The notes under the pieces: generated by a model | Told to the model about the DNA's origin: nothing | What the model saw: the letters and a program-made list of their open reading frames with translations, nothing else | The model's database searches: none | Shown here: positions 9,230 through 18,560 of the stretch, piece by piece | Layout of the letters: each line of letters opens with the position of its first letter | How positions within the stretch are numbered: the stretch's first letter is position 1 | Position numbers and translations under genes: made by a program | NCBI GenBank assembly: GCA_963841645.1 | Contig: CAWJDS010000017.1 | Span: forward strand, 300,732-364,731 | DNA: 64,000 nt | Direction of reading: 5' to 3' | Origin: an uncultured Gammaproteobacteria bacterium | GTDB taxonomy: Bacteria; Pseudomonadota; Gammaproteobacteria; Steroidobacterales; Rariloculaceae

Positions 9230-10333
9230 ATGCCGGCCGACCCCGCCGCTCGCGAATTCCTCACGACCACGGAGATCGTTGCCGCGGCCCGTGCACGTCT
9301 CTCCGGCGAGGTGTGGGACTACATCTGCGGGGGTGCGGAGACGGAGACGACGCTGCTTCGCAATCGCTACGCGCTCGACGCGATCGCTTTTCGTCCGCGT
9401 GTGCTGCGCAACGTCGACAAGGCCGACACCGCGACGACCGCGTTCGGCGCGCTGCGCCGTTTGCCGGTGCTGCTCGCGCCGCTCGGCGGCATGACCGTGT
9501 TTCATGACGCGGGCGCCCTCGCGAGCGCCCAAGCCGCGAGCGACATGGACTGCTTGATGATGCTGAGCAGCGTGACGGAGCCGGGTCTTGACCACGTCGC
9601 ATCCGCCGCCGGCGAGCAGCTGATCTATCAGCTGTACGTGCATGGCGACGACCGCTGGGTCGGCGATCGCGTAGAGAAGGCCGTCGCGGCCGGAGTGCAG
9701 GCGTTCTGCTTGACCGTGGACGTGCCGCATTACGGCCGGCGCGACCGGAGCTTGCTGCACCGCTTTCAGCTGCCGGGGCGCCCGTTCGCCGGTTTGCGCA
9801 CCGGCGAGGAGTACGCCATGCGACTCGACTGGTCAGTGGTCGCGAAGCTCAAACAGCGTCTCGGCAAGGTGCCGCTGATCGTGAAGGGGATCGCGACCGC
9901 CGACGATGCGACGCTCGCGCTCGAGCACGGCGTCGACGCGATCTACGTGTCGAATCACGGTGGTCGCCAGCTCGATCACGGCCGCGGCGCGATGGACATC
10001 TTGCCCGAGGTGGTTGCGGCCGTGCGCGGTAAGGCGACCATCATCGTCGACGGCGGCTTCTTCCGCGGCACCGATGTGCTCAAGGCGCTCGCGATGGGCG
10101 CGGACCTCGTCGGGCTCGGCCGCCTGCAGGCGCTCGCGGTCGCGGCGGGCGGTCGCGGCGGGGTGCGGCGGATGCTCGAGCTCATCGAGGGCGAGCTCAT
10201 CGTCGCGATGAAGCTGCTCGGTGCGAGCAAGCTCGCCGATCTCGACGGCAGCTTCCTGCATCCGACGATCCCGATAGCGATGCCGCGTGCGCTCGGCGCG
10301 CTGCCGCAGCTCGACGAGCTTCCTCCTCGCTAG
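9230..10333 (+). CDS. FMN-dependent alpha-hydroxy acid oxidase/dehydrogenase
   Basis: WDYICGGA, FRPRVLR, IVKGI, VSNHGGRQLD, DGGFFRGTDVLKALAMGA. Confidence 0.92.
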   Translation: MPADPAAREFLTTTEIVAAARARLSGEVWDYICGGAETETTLLRNRYALDAIAFRPRVLRNVDKADTATTAFGALRRLPVLLAPLGGMTVFHDAGALASAQAASDMDCLMMLSSVTEPGLDHVASAAGEQLIYQLYVHGDDRWVGDRVEKAVAAGVQAFCLTVDVPHYGRRDRSLLHRFQLPGRPFAGLRTGEEYAMRLDWSVVAKLKQRLGKVPLIVKGIATADDATLALEHGVDAIYVSNHGGRQLDHGRGAMDILPEVVAAVRGKATIIVDGGFFRGTDVLKALAMGADLVGLGRLQALAVAAGGRGGVRRMLELIEGELIVAMKLLGASKLADLDGSFLHPTIPIAMPRALGALPQLDELPPR

Positions 10334-10444
10334 CGAGGCGATCGGCTCGCCGCCGGACCGGTCGGTTCGACGCCGCGTCGCTGCGGCGCGGTGCTATGAT
10401 CCGAGGCGGATTGCGGCGCGCGGCGCCGTGGGGGGAAAAACAAC

Positions 10445-11380
10445 ATGCAACGGCTCATCAGCTCGGTATTCGGCTCGCTCTCGGTCGGCGTGCTCGCGTC
10501 GACGGCGCTCGCGCAAACGCCTGCGCCACCCGCGCCGGCGGCGCAGCCCGATTTCTCCAAGGTCGAGATCAAGACGCACCAAGTCGCGAGCAACTTCTAT
10601 TACCTCGAAGGGCAGGGCGGCAACATCGGCGTGCTGGTCGGCGACGACGGTGTGCTGATGATCGACGATCAGTTCGCGCCGCTCACCGACAAGATCATGG
10701 CGGCGGTGAAAGCGCTATCGCAGAAGCCGGTGCGGATGCTCGTCAACACGCACGTGCATGGCGATCACACCGGCGGCAACGAGAACGTCGGCAAGCTCGG
10801 GATCAACATTCTTGCTCAGGACAACGTGCGCGTGCGGCTGCTCAAGGGTGTGAATGGCGCGGCGCCGGCGGCCCCCGTCGCGCTGCCGCTCGTTACGTAC
10901 AGCGATAAGGTCCAGCTGCACCTCGACGGCGAGGACGTCCAGATCGGCAAGTTCCCGCCCGCGCATACCGACGGCGACAGCTACATTCGCTTCCCGAAGA
11001 TCGACGTGATTCACGTCGGCGACGTGTTCCGCACGGTCGGCTACCCGACGGTCGACGGCCCGAACGGCGGCACTGTGAAGGGCACGATCGAGGCGCTCCA
11101 GATGATCGTCGACATGGCGGGCCCGAATACGAAGATCGTGCCCGGCCACGGCGTGGTCGTGAACCGCGACCAGGTCGCGTCGTTCCGCGCGGCCACGATC
11201 GAGGCGCAGAAGCGGATGACGGCCGCGATCAAGCAGGGTATGACCGTCGAGCAGGTCATCGCCGCGAATCCGCTCGCGGATCTCGTGCCGAAGTTCGTCA
11301 CGACCGGCCCGCCGCCGGACGCGGCCGGCACCGCGCGTGCGCTCACGCTGTTCTACAACGCGCTGAAGGCCGAGCTCTAA
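10445..11380 (+). CDS. Secreted MBL-fold metallo-hydrolase (cyclase-like)
   Basis: Signal peptide; NTHVHGDHTGGN, AHTDGD, HVGD, PGHG. Confidence 0.9.
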   Translation: MQRLISSVFGSLSVGVLASTALAQTPAPPAPAAQPDFSKVEIKTHQVASNFYYLEGQGGNIGVLVGDDGVLMIDDQFAPLTDKIMAAVKALSQKPVRMLVNTHVHGDHTGGNENVGKLGINILAQDNVRVRLLKGVNGAAPAAPVALPLVTYSDKVQLHLDGEDVQIGKFPPAHTDGDSYIRFPKIDVIHVGDVFRTVGYPTVDGPNGGTVKGTIEALQMIVDMAGPNTKIVPGHGVVVNRDQVASFRAATIEAQKRMTAAIKQGMTVEQVIAANPLADLVPKFVTTGPPPDAAGTARALTLFYNALKAEL

Positions 11381-11414
11381 GACGGGCCGCGCGCGCGCGC
11401 ACGACGAACACCAC

Positions 11415-12462
11415 TTGGGCCGCCCGCGCGTCCTGATCTACCGGCCGATCGACGAGACGCGGCGCGTCGCACGCGGAGCTCGAAGCCGCGGGCTGCGACG
11501 TGATCGTCGCGTCGGCAGGCGCGGAGCGCGCCGAAATCGCGAAGCTCGCGCGGGGCGCAGACGCGTTGCTCGGCGCGACGTTTCGCGGCGTGATCGATCG
11601 CGAGCTGCTTACGATTTCCCCGGCCTTGAGGATCGTCTCCAAGTACACGATCGGCGTCGACGACGTCGATCTAGAAGCCGCGAGCGCGCTCGGCGTGCTC
11701 GTGACGCATTGCCCGACCGAGGCGAACTGGGGCGGCGTGGCCGAGGGGGCGATCGCGATGATGCTTGCGATGCTGAAGCGGATCCGCGAGCGCGACGCGA
11801 AGGTGAAGGCCGGCGGCTGGCGCGAGCCGCCGTTCTACGGCACCTATCTCGGCCGACGCGCGGACGGCTACGGCGGCGTGACGATCGGCATCGTGGGACT
11901 GGGCCGCGCGGGCTCGCGCGTGGCCGAGTTGCTCGCGCCGTGGCGAGTGCGTGTGCTCGCCGCCGATCCGTACGTCGATGCCGAAAAATTCGCACACCTC
12001 GGCGTCGAGCGCGTCGACCTGGAGACGCTGCTTCGCGAGGCCGACGTCGTGACGCTGCACTGCAATCTCACGGCCGAGACGCGCGGGCTCATCGACCGGC
12101 GACGGCTCGCGCTGCTGAAGCGCTCGGCCGTGCTGATCAACACCGCGCGCGGTCGCGTCGTCGACCTCGACGCGCTGTGCGATGCGCTCGCGGCAGGCGC
12201 GCTCGCGGGGGCCGCGCTCGACGTGCTGCCCGAGGAGCCGCCGCCGCGCGACGCGCGGATCTCGACCTTCGGCGATCGCGTGCTGCTGTCGCCGCACATG
12301 GTCGCGGCCAATCAGGGCGGGACGCTCGGGCCGGCCATTCCATGGGCGACGGCGGCGACGCTCGCGGCTCTGCGCGGCGAAACGCCCGACAACGTTTACA
12401 ATGCCGACGCCGTCGCGAGTTGGCTGGCGCGTTTCGGCGGCAAATCGCTGCTGAAGCGCTGA
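11415..12462 (+). CDS. D-isomer-specific 2-hydroxyacid dehydrogenase (indel near 11460)
   Basis: GIVGLGRAG, LINTARG, AALDV..EEP, LLSPH. Confidence 0.88.
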
Positions 12463-12498
12463 GTCGAAGCGGCGCTCCGCACCGGGAGGCTAAGCGTA

Positions 12499-13296
12499 AT
12501 GATCAAGGTTCAGAACCTCAGCAAGACGTTCGGCGAGGTCAAGGCCGTCGCCGACGTCACGTTCGAAGTGCAGCCCGGCGAGATCTTCGCGTTCTTGGGG
12601 CCGAACGGGGCCGGTAAGACGACGACGATTCAGATGCTCACGACGCTGCTGCGCCCGACGAGCGGCACGATCGCGATCGACGGTCTCGATCCGGTCGCAA
12701 AGCCGCTCGAGGTGCGCAAGCGGTTCGGCATCGTGTTCCAGGACCCGAGCCTCGACCAAGAGCTGACGGCATACGAGAACATGGACTTGCACGGCGTGCT
12801 CTATCACGTGCCGCGCAAGCTTCGAACGGAGCGCATCGAGACGTTGCTCAAGCTCTTCGAGCTCTGGGATCGGCGCACGTCGCTCGTGAAGACGTTCTCG
12901 GGAGGCATGCGGCGCCGACTCGAGATCGCGCGCGGCCTCCTGCACACCCCGAAGATCCTGTTCCTCGACGAGCCGACGCTCGGCCTCGATCCGCAGAGCC
13001 GCAACCAGCTGTGGACGCACGTGAAGTACCTGAACGAGACGGAGGGCGTCACGGTCTTCCTCACGACGCACTACATGGATGAGGCGGATCGCGTCGCGCA
13101 GCGCGTCGCGGTGATCGACCACGGCAAGATCGTCGCGATCGGCTCGAGCGCCGAGCTCAAGGCGCAGACGGGTGCGGATTCGCTCGAGGGCGCGTTCCTG
13201 AAGCTCACGGGAACGACGATCCGCGACGAGGCGGCGAACAGCGCGGACGCGATGCGGCAGATGGCACGGATGTGGAGCAGGGGGCAGCGGCGATGA
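12499..13296 (+). CDS. ABC-2 (DrrA-like) exporter ATP-binding protein
   Basis: GPNGAGKTT, FSGGM, LFLDEPT, TTHYM. Confidence 0.95.
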   Translation: MIKVQNLSKTFGEVKAVADVTFEVQPGEIFAFLGPNGAGKTTTIQMLTTLLRPTSGTIAIDGLDPVAKPLEVRKRFGIVFQDPSLDQELTAYENMDLHGVLYHVPRKLRTERIETLLKLFELWDRRTSLVKTFSGGMRRRLEIARGLLHTPKILFLDEPTLGLDPQSRNQLWTHVKYLNETEGVTVFLTTHYMDEADRVAQRVAVIDHGKIVAIGSSAELKAQTGADSLEGAFLKLTGTTIRDEAANSADAMRQMARMWSRGQRR

Positions 13297-14039
13297 ACGT
13301 GATCTTCGTGTTGTGGCTACGCGAGGTGAAACGGTATCTGCGCTCGAGGCCGCAGATCATCGCGTCGCTCGGCCAGCCGCTCTTGTATCTGCTCGTGCTC
13401 GGCTTCGGGCTCGGCCGCGTCACCCAGATCCAAGGAACGGCGAGCTACCTGCAGTTCGTCGCGCCCGGCGTGATCTGCATGGGCATCCTGTTCACGTCGA
13501 TCTTCTCCGGGATCGGCCTGCTCTGGGATCGGCAGTTCGGATTCTTGAAGGAGACGCTCGTCGCTCCGGTGCCTCGACTGCAGATCATGGCCGGTCGCAC
13601 GCTCGGCGGCGCGACGATCGCGATGATTCAGGGCGCGCTCGTGCTCGCGGTGTGTCTGATCGCGGGCTTCAGGCCGCAGGGCTTCGCCGCGATTCCGCAG
13701 GCGTTCCTGTTCATGGCGCTCATCGCGATCGTGTTCGCGGCGCTCGGCACCGCGATCGGGTCGACGCTGCGCGACATGCAGGGATTCCAGATGATCATGA
13801 ACTTCTTGATCATGCCGATCTTCTTCTTGTCGGGCGCGCTCTTTCCGCTCGGGAACCTGCCGACGCCGCTCTGGGTCGCCACGCGGCTCGACCCGCTGTC
13901 GTACGGAGTCGACGGTGTGCGCGGCGCGCTCATCGGCCTCGCGCAGATCGGCGTCGCGTTCGACGTCGTCGTGCTCGGCGTGCTCGCGACCGCGTTCGTG
14001 ATACTCGGCGCATGGGCGTTCTCGAGGATCCAGGTGTAG
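13293..14039 (+). CDS. ABC-2 exporter permease
   Basis: Six TM segments; DRQFGFLKETLVAP, FFLSGALFP, PLSYGVD; ATGA overlap with the ATPase gene. Confidence 0.92.
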   Translation: MNVIFVLWLREVKRYLRSRPQIIASLGQPLLYLLVLGFGLGRVTQIQGTASYLQFVAPGVICMGILFTSIFSGIGLLWDRQFGFLKETLVAPVPRLQIMAGRTLGGATIAMIQGALVLAVCLIAGFRPQGFAAIPQAFLFMALIAIVFAALGTAIGSTLRDMQGFQMIMNFLIMPIFFLSGALFPLGNLPTPLWVATRLDPLSYGVDGVRGALIGLAQIGVAFDVVVLGVLATAFVILGAWAFSRIQV

Positions 14040-14094
14040 GCAATGAGCGCGCGACGCGCATGTCCTGGACCAAAGCAAGGGCGCGCGGTTTGCA

Positions 14095-14490
14095 TTGCGC
14101 GCCGTGGCGGTCTTGCTCGCGCTCGGTGCGACAGCCGGCGCGGCCGCGCACCATTCGTTCGCGGTGCACTTCGTCGCCGACAAGATCGTCACGGTCAAAG
14201 GCACGGTGGAAGAGTTCACCTTCCACAATCCGCACGGGTTGTTGATGCTGACTGGGAAGGACGCGAGCGGAGTTGAGCAACACTGGCGCATCGAGACGAA
14301 CTCGCCGAACATCCTGCGTCGGCGCGGCTGGTCGGAGGACTCGATCAAGGCCGGCGACCAGGTGACGGTCGAGGGCTACCCCGCGCGCGACGGCTCGCCG
14401 TCGATGCGCGTGTACCGCGTGACGTTCCCGGACGGCCGCGAGCTCGTCGGCCAGCGGCCGGATCCGAGCATCGTGCCGGGACAGGACTGA
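14095..14490 (+). CDS. DUF6152-family secreted protein (copy 1)
   Basis: Signal peptide then HHSFAVHF; FHNPH; WRIE; GDQVTVEGYPAR. Confidence 0.85.
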   Translation: MRAVAVLLALGATAGAAAHHSFAVHFVADKIVTVKGTVEEFTFHNPHGLLMLTGKDASGVEQHWRIETNSPNILRRRGWSEDSIKAGDQVTVEGYPARDGSPSMRVYRVTFPDGRELVGQRPDPSIVPGQD

Positions 14491-15212
14491 TGCAGCGCCT
14501 CGCGCCAATTGCACTGGCGCGCTCGCGTTCGCGACATGCAATGCGGCGAGCGCCGCGCCGAGCCTCGACGGCTTCTGGACGGTGAAGTTCGAGCGCAAGC
14601 CGTCGGGCCAAGCGCTGATCGACTCGTTGCCGAAGGGCGCGGTGCTGATCAACGATACGGGCGCGGGCGAGCTGGCCGCCGGGGATTTCGCGGGGCTGAA
14701 GCTGAAGCCCACCGCGATCGAGCAGGTCAAGAAGTACGACTACGCGCAGGAGCTCAAGCGCGAGAACACCTGCGTGCCGCCGTCCGTCGTCTTCTACATG
14801 CAGGCGCCGTTTCCGATGGAGATCTATCAGGGCCGCGATCTGATCGTGCTCAAAATGGAATACTTCGACATGGTCCGCGTCGTTTTCCTCGACGGACGCG
14901 CGCACCCGCCCGAGAGTCGCGCCGCACTCGAAGTCGGGATTCTCGACCGGTCGCTGGGACGGCGACACGCTGGTCGTCGAGACGTCGCACATCGAGCCGG
15001 GCACGTTCATGAACAACGGCTTCAGTCACAGCAAGCACATCAAGCTCAGCGAGCGTTTTCGGATGAGCCCGGACGGCAACACGCTCTGGCTCACGCAGGT
15101 CTACGAGGACCCGGAGACGTTCGAAGGCGTCGCGGCGCGCTACATGGCCTGGACGCGTAAGCCCGGCGAATTCGTGTTCCCGTACGAATGCGACCCGAGC
15201 TACGGCGAATAA
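14490..15212 (+). CDS. Secreted partner protein of DUF6152 (copy 1; indels near 14520-14550 and 14910-14930)
   Basis: ATG overlaps the upstream TGA; NTCVPP, GFSTGRWDGDTLVVET, LSERF, EDP, FPYECDP. Confidence 0.7.
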
Positions 15213-15270
15213 CGATGCCGACGCCACGCTCACGGCCGCCGTCCGGCGCGGCGCAATCGGGTTCGCGAAG

Positions 15271-16560
15271 ATGAGCGCCGTCGCGGCCGGAAAAGGCGCC
15301 GGCACGCGCGCGATCGTCTCGTGGGCGCTGTTCGATTTCGCCGGCGCGCCGTTCACGACGCTAGTCGTCACGTTCATCTACGCGACGTACTTCACGCAAG
15401 CGATCGCTTCCGACGCGATCCATGGCACCGTGCTCTGGTCGCGCGCGGTGTCGGTCACGGCGCTCATCGTGGCGCTCGTGCTCGCCACTGCTCGGCGCGT
15501 TCGCGGATCGAGGCGGCTATCGCAAGCGGATCCTCGCCGTCACGACGCTCGTCTGCGCCGTCGGGCTCCGCCGCGCTCTACTGGGTCATGCCGGGGCAGG
15601 TGTTGCTCGCGCTCGGCGTGTGTCGTCGTTGCGAACATCGCGTTCGAGTTCGCCGCCGTGTTCAACAACGCGTTCCTTCCGGACATCGCGCCGCGCGACC
15701 GGATCGGCAGATTGTCGGGGATCGGTTGGGCCTGCGGGTACGTCGGCGGGCTGCTCGCGCTCGTGGCTGCGCTCGTGATGTTCGTGCAGCCCGCCACGCC
15801 ATGGTTCGGCTTCGCGAAGGCGGGCGGCGAAAATATTCGCGCGACGAACTTGCTCGTCGCGATTTGGTACGTCGTGTTCAGCATTCCGCTGTTCCTCTGG
15901 GTGCCCGAAGACCGATCGCGCGTTTCGCGCGCGGGCCATGTGGTCGCGGACACGTTCGCGCAGCTCCGACGCACGTTCAGCGAGATCCGCAAGTATCGCC
16001 AGATCGTCCGCTTCCTGTTCGCGCGGCTGATCTACAACGACGGCCTCGTCACGGTGTTCGCGTTCGGCGGCATCTACGCCGCCAATACATTCGGCTTCAG
16101 TCTGCAGCAGGTGCTCGAGTTCGGCATCGTGATCAACGTCGCCGCGGTAGTCGGCGCCGTCTCGCTCGGCTTCCTCGACGACAAGATCGGGGGTAAGCGC
16201 ACGATCGCGATCTCGTTGGTCGGGCTCATGGGCGCGACGGTGCTCGCGATGCTCGCAACCTCCGCCACGATGTTCTGGATCGCGGGAATCGCGATCGGCA
16301 TCTTCGCCGGCCCGAATCAGGCCGCGAGCCGCTCGCTGATGGCGCGCTTTGTGCCGCCCTCTGTCGAGAACGAGTTCTTCGGCTTCTTCGCGTTCTCGGG
16401 GAAACTCACTGCGTTCATCGGGCCGTTCCTGCTCGGCGTGCTGACCGAAATATCGGGCTCACAGCGCGTCGGCGTGGGCGTCGTCGTGCTGTTGTTCATC
16501 GTGGGACTGATTGCGCTCACGTTCGTCGACGAGCGCGAAGGCGCCCGCATTCGGGGTTAG
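15271..16560 (+). CDS. MFS transporter, UMF1/ATG22-like (local frameshifts 15480-15620)
   Basis: SWALFDFA, NNAFLPDIA, IYNDG, QAASRSLMARFVP, FFGFFAFSGK. Confidence 0.85.
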   Translation: MSAVAAGKGAGTRAIVSWALFDFAGAPFTTLVVTFIYATYFTQAIASDAIHGTVLWSRAVSVTALIVALVLATARRVRGSRRLSQADPRRHDARLRRRAPPRSTGSCRGRCCSRSACVVVANIAFEFAAVFNNAFLPDIAPRDRIGRLSGIGWACGYVGGLLALVAALVMFVQPATPWFGFAKAGGENIRATNLLVAIWYVVFSIPLFLWVPEDRSRVSRAGHVVADTFAQLRRTFSEIRKYRQIVRFLFARLIYNDGLVTVFAFGGIYAANTFGFSLQQVLEFGIVINVAAVVGAVSLGFLDDKIGGKRTIAISLVGLMGATVLAMLATSATMFWIAGIAIGIFAGPNQAASRSLMARFVPPSVENEFFGFFAFSGKLTAFIGPFLLGVLTEISGSQRVGVGVVVLLFIVGLIALTFVDEREGARIRG

Positions 16561-17410
16561 GGCTGACCGGCCGGTGGCTGCCGCGCTCCGGAGGCGACGT
16601 CGTCGAGCCACGGGTCGACGTCGAGCACCTCGAGCGGCGCGCCGTTCGTCACATCGACAATGAACGATAGGTCGCGGTTGCGCGCGATCAAGGGCAGGAA
16701 ACCGAGCCGCTCCTCGGGGATGCCGAGACGCGCGGGCAGCGCGCCGATCGCCGCCGCCGCTTGCGGTCTCGCTGCTTTCAACAGCGTGAGGGGGCGAGCT
16801 CGCGCCGCGACCTCGGTTGCAGCTCCTCCGCGTACGGCGCCCAATAGTCGGGGCGGCGCTCGAGATCCGGCTTGCCTTGAAATACGGTCTCATCGAGCAG
16901 GCGCTGCGCGCCGGCGGGATCGCTTGGTCGTTCGGCAGCGACGAGCAGCGGGCCACGTAAGGTCTTGCGAAGCCAATCGTTGCGCTCGTGGCGCTCGAGC
17001 TCGTCACGGACGATGTCTCCGCGCGCCAGCACGTAGAAGCGATCGACCGCGAACACGGTGAAGTATGGACGACCGCCGTAGATCGTCGTCACTCCGTAGA
17101 CGAACGCGGCGACCTGCACGAGTGCGATTACCGCGAGATCGAACTTGAGGCCGCGTTTGCCGGGCTTGAAGACGATCGCCGTCAGCAACGGGCCGAGCAC
17201 GAGATCGACGCCGATCAGCACTCGGAGTACTTGCCAGGCGCCAGCCGCGAGGAAATAGGGGTGCGGATACCAGAGGAAGAAGATTAGCGCGCACGCGGCG
17301 CCGACGAACGTCGCACTCACACCAAGATGTGTGAGCACGGCTCGCGGCCGGCTTATCTCGAGCCAGCTCGAGCGACCAAGCGAACGATCCTGCTGCATGA
17401 CAGCCGCCAT
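16557..17410 (-). CDS. TfpX/TfpZ-family type IV pilin accessory protein (indel near 16800)
   Basis: HLGVS...WYPHPYF...VDLVLGPLLT..VFKPGK...DL..IALVQ...RP...FAVDRF. Confidence 0.8.
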
Positions 17411-17572
17411 GGACTTGCCGCGTGAGCCTCCGAATTCCAGAGCGCAATAGGTTAGCGACTGCACCGGTCCGCGCGGCGAGAATTGGTCCTCATTTTTTGC
17501 GCGCCCCTTGGCTTGGGACCGGGGTTCGGGCATCGTATGCGCCCCGATTCGGCGGGTGGACCTCGTAACGAC

Positions 17573-18550
17573 GTGTCTGGCAAGAAGATCCTGTACGTTT
17601 TCCCGGGACAAGGCTCGCAATATCGCGGCATGGGGTTGGACCTCGCCGCGGAATTCCCGGCCGCCCGCGCGCTCTACGATCGCGCCAGCACGGCACTCGG
17701 CTATGACCTCGCGGAGCTGTCGTTCCGAGATCCGCGCGACGAGCTCAAGCTCACGCGCTTCACGCAGCCGGCGCTGCTGACGCATCAAGTCGCCTGCCTC
17801 GAGGTGTTTCGCGAGCTCGCGGGCGACGCGGCGCGCCCCGCGCTTGCGGCCGGGCACAGCGTCGGAGAGTACGCCGCGCTCGTCGCGGCCGGCGCGCTCG
17901 GCTTCGAGCAGGCGCTAGGGCTCGTCGCACGCCGCGGCGAGCTCATGAGCGAGCTTGGCCGCGGTGGCATGCTCGCAACGACGCTCGACTGGCCGACTGC
18001 CGCTGCGCTCGCGGACAAGCACTACTGCGGAATCGGCGCAAGCAATCTGGCCGATCAAACGGTGATCGCTGGCGAATCGGCCGATCTCGACAAGCTTGCG
18101 GCCGAGCTCGAGACGGCCTTTCCCAACAAGCGCGGCGTACGCTTGAACACCGAGGGCGCGTTTCACACCTACTTGATGGTCACGGCCGCGCAGGAATTTC
18201 GGAAGGTGCTCGATCAAACCGAGTTCGCGAGCGTCACGATCGACGCGCTTTCGAACTACACCGGCAAGCTACACGAAAATTCGCCGGCAGCGATTCGTTC
18301 GCGGCTGTTCTTCCAGTTGTTCAATCCGGTCCGCTGGGTGGACTGCATGAATGCCGCGATCGACGCGGGCGTCGACACGATCGTCGAGCTCGGCGGCGGC
18401 ATCGGGAAGGGCGACGGACCGGATGGCAAGCGTCCCAATCTCGAGTCAATTGTCAAAAAGTCGTTGAAAGCACGCGAGCATCAAGCACAGTATCTGCCCG
18501 CCATTAATGCAGCGAGCCTGCGCGCGACCGCGCAGCAGTTGCGAAACTAG
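17573..18550 (+). CDS. fabD: Malonyl-CoA:ACP transacylase (FabD-like)
   Basis: FPGQGSQ, TQPAL, GHSVGEY, RRGELM, GAFHT, PVRW. Confidence 0.88.
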   Translation: MSGKKILYVFPGQGSQYRGMGLDLAAEFPAARALYDRASTALGYDLAELSFRDPRDELKLTRFTQPALLTHQVACLEVFRELAGDAARPALAAGHSVGEYAALVAAGALGFEQALGLVARRGELMSELGRGGMLATTLDWPTAAALADKHYCGIGASNLADQTVIAGESADLDKLAAELETAFPNKRGVRLNTEGAFHTYLMVTAAQEFRKVLDQTEFASVTIDALSNYTGKLHENSPAAIRSRLFFQLFNPVRWVDCMNAAIDAGVDTIVELGGGIGKGDGPDGKRPNLESIVKKSLKAREHQAQYLPAINAASLRATAQQLRN

Positions 18551-18560
18551 GAGTGATCAC

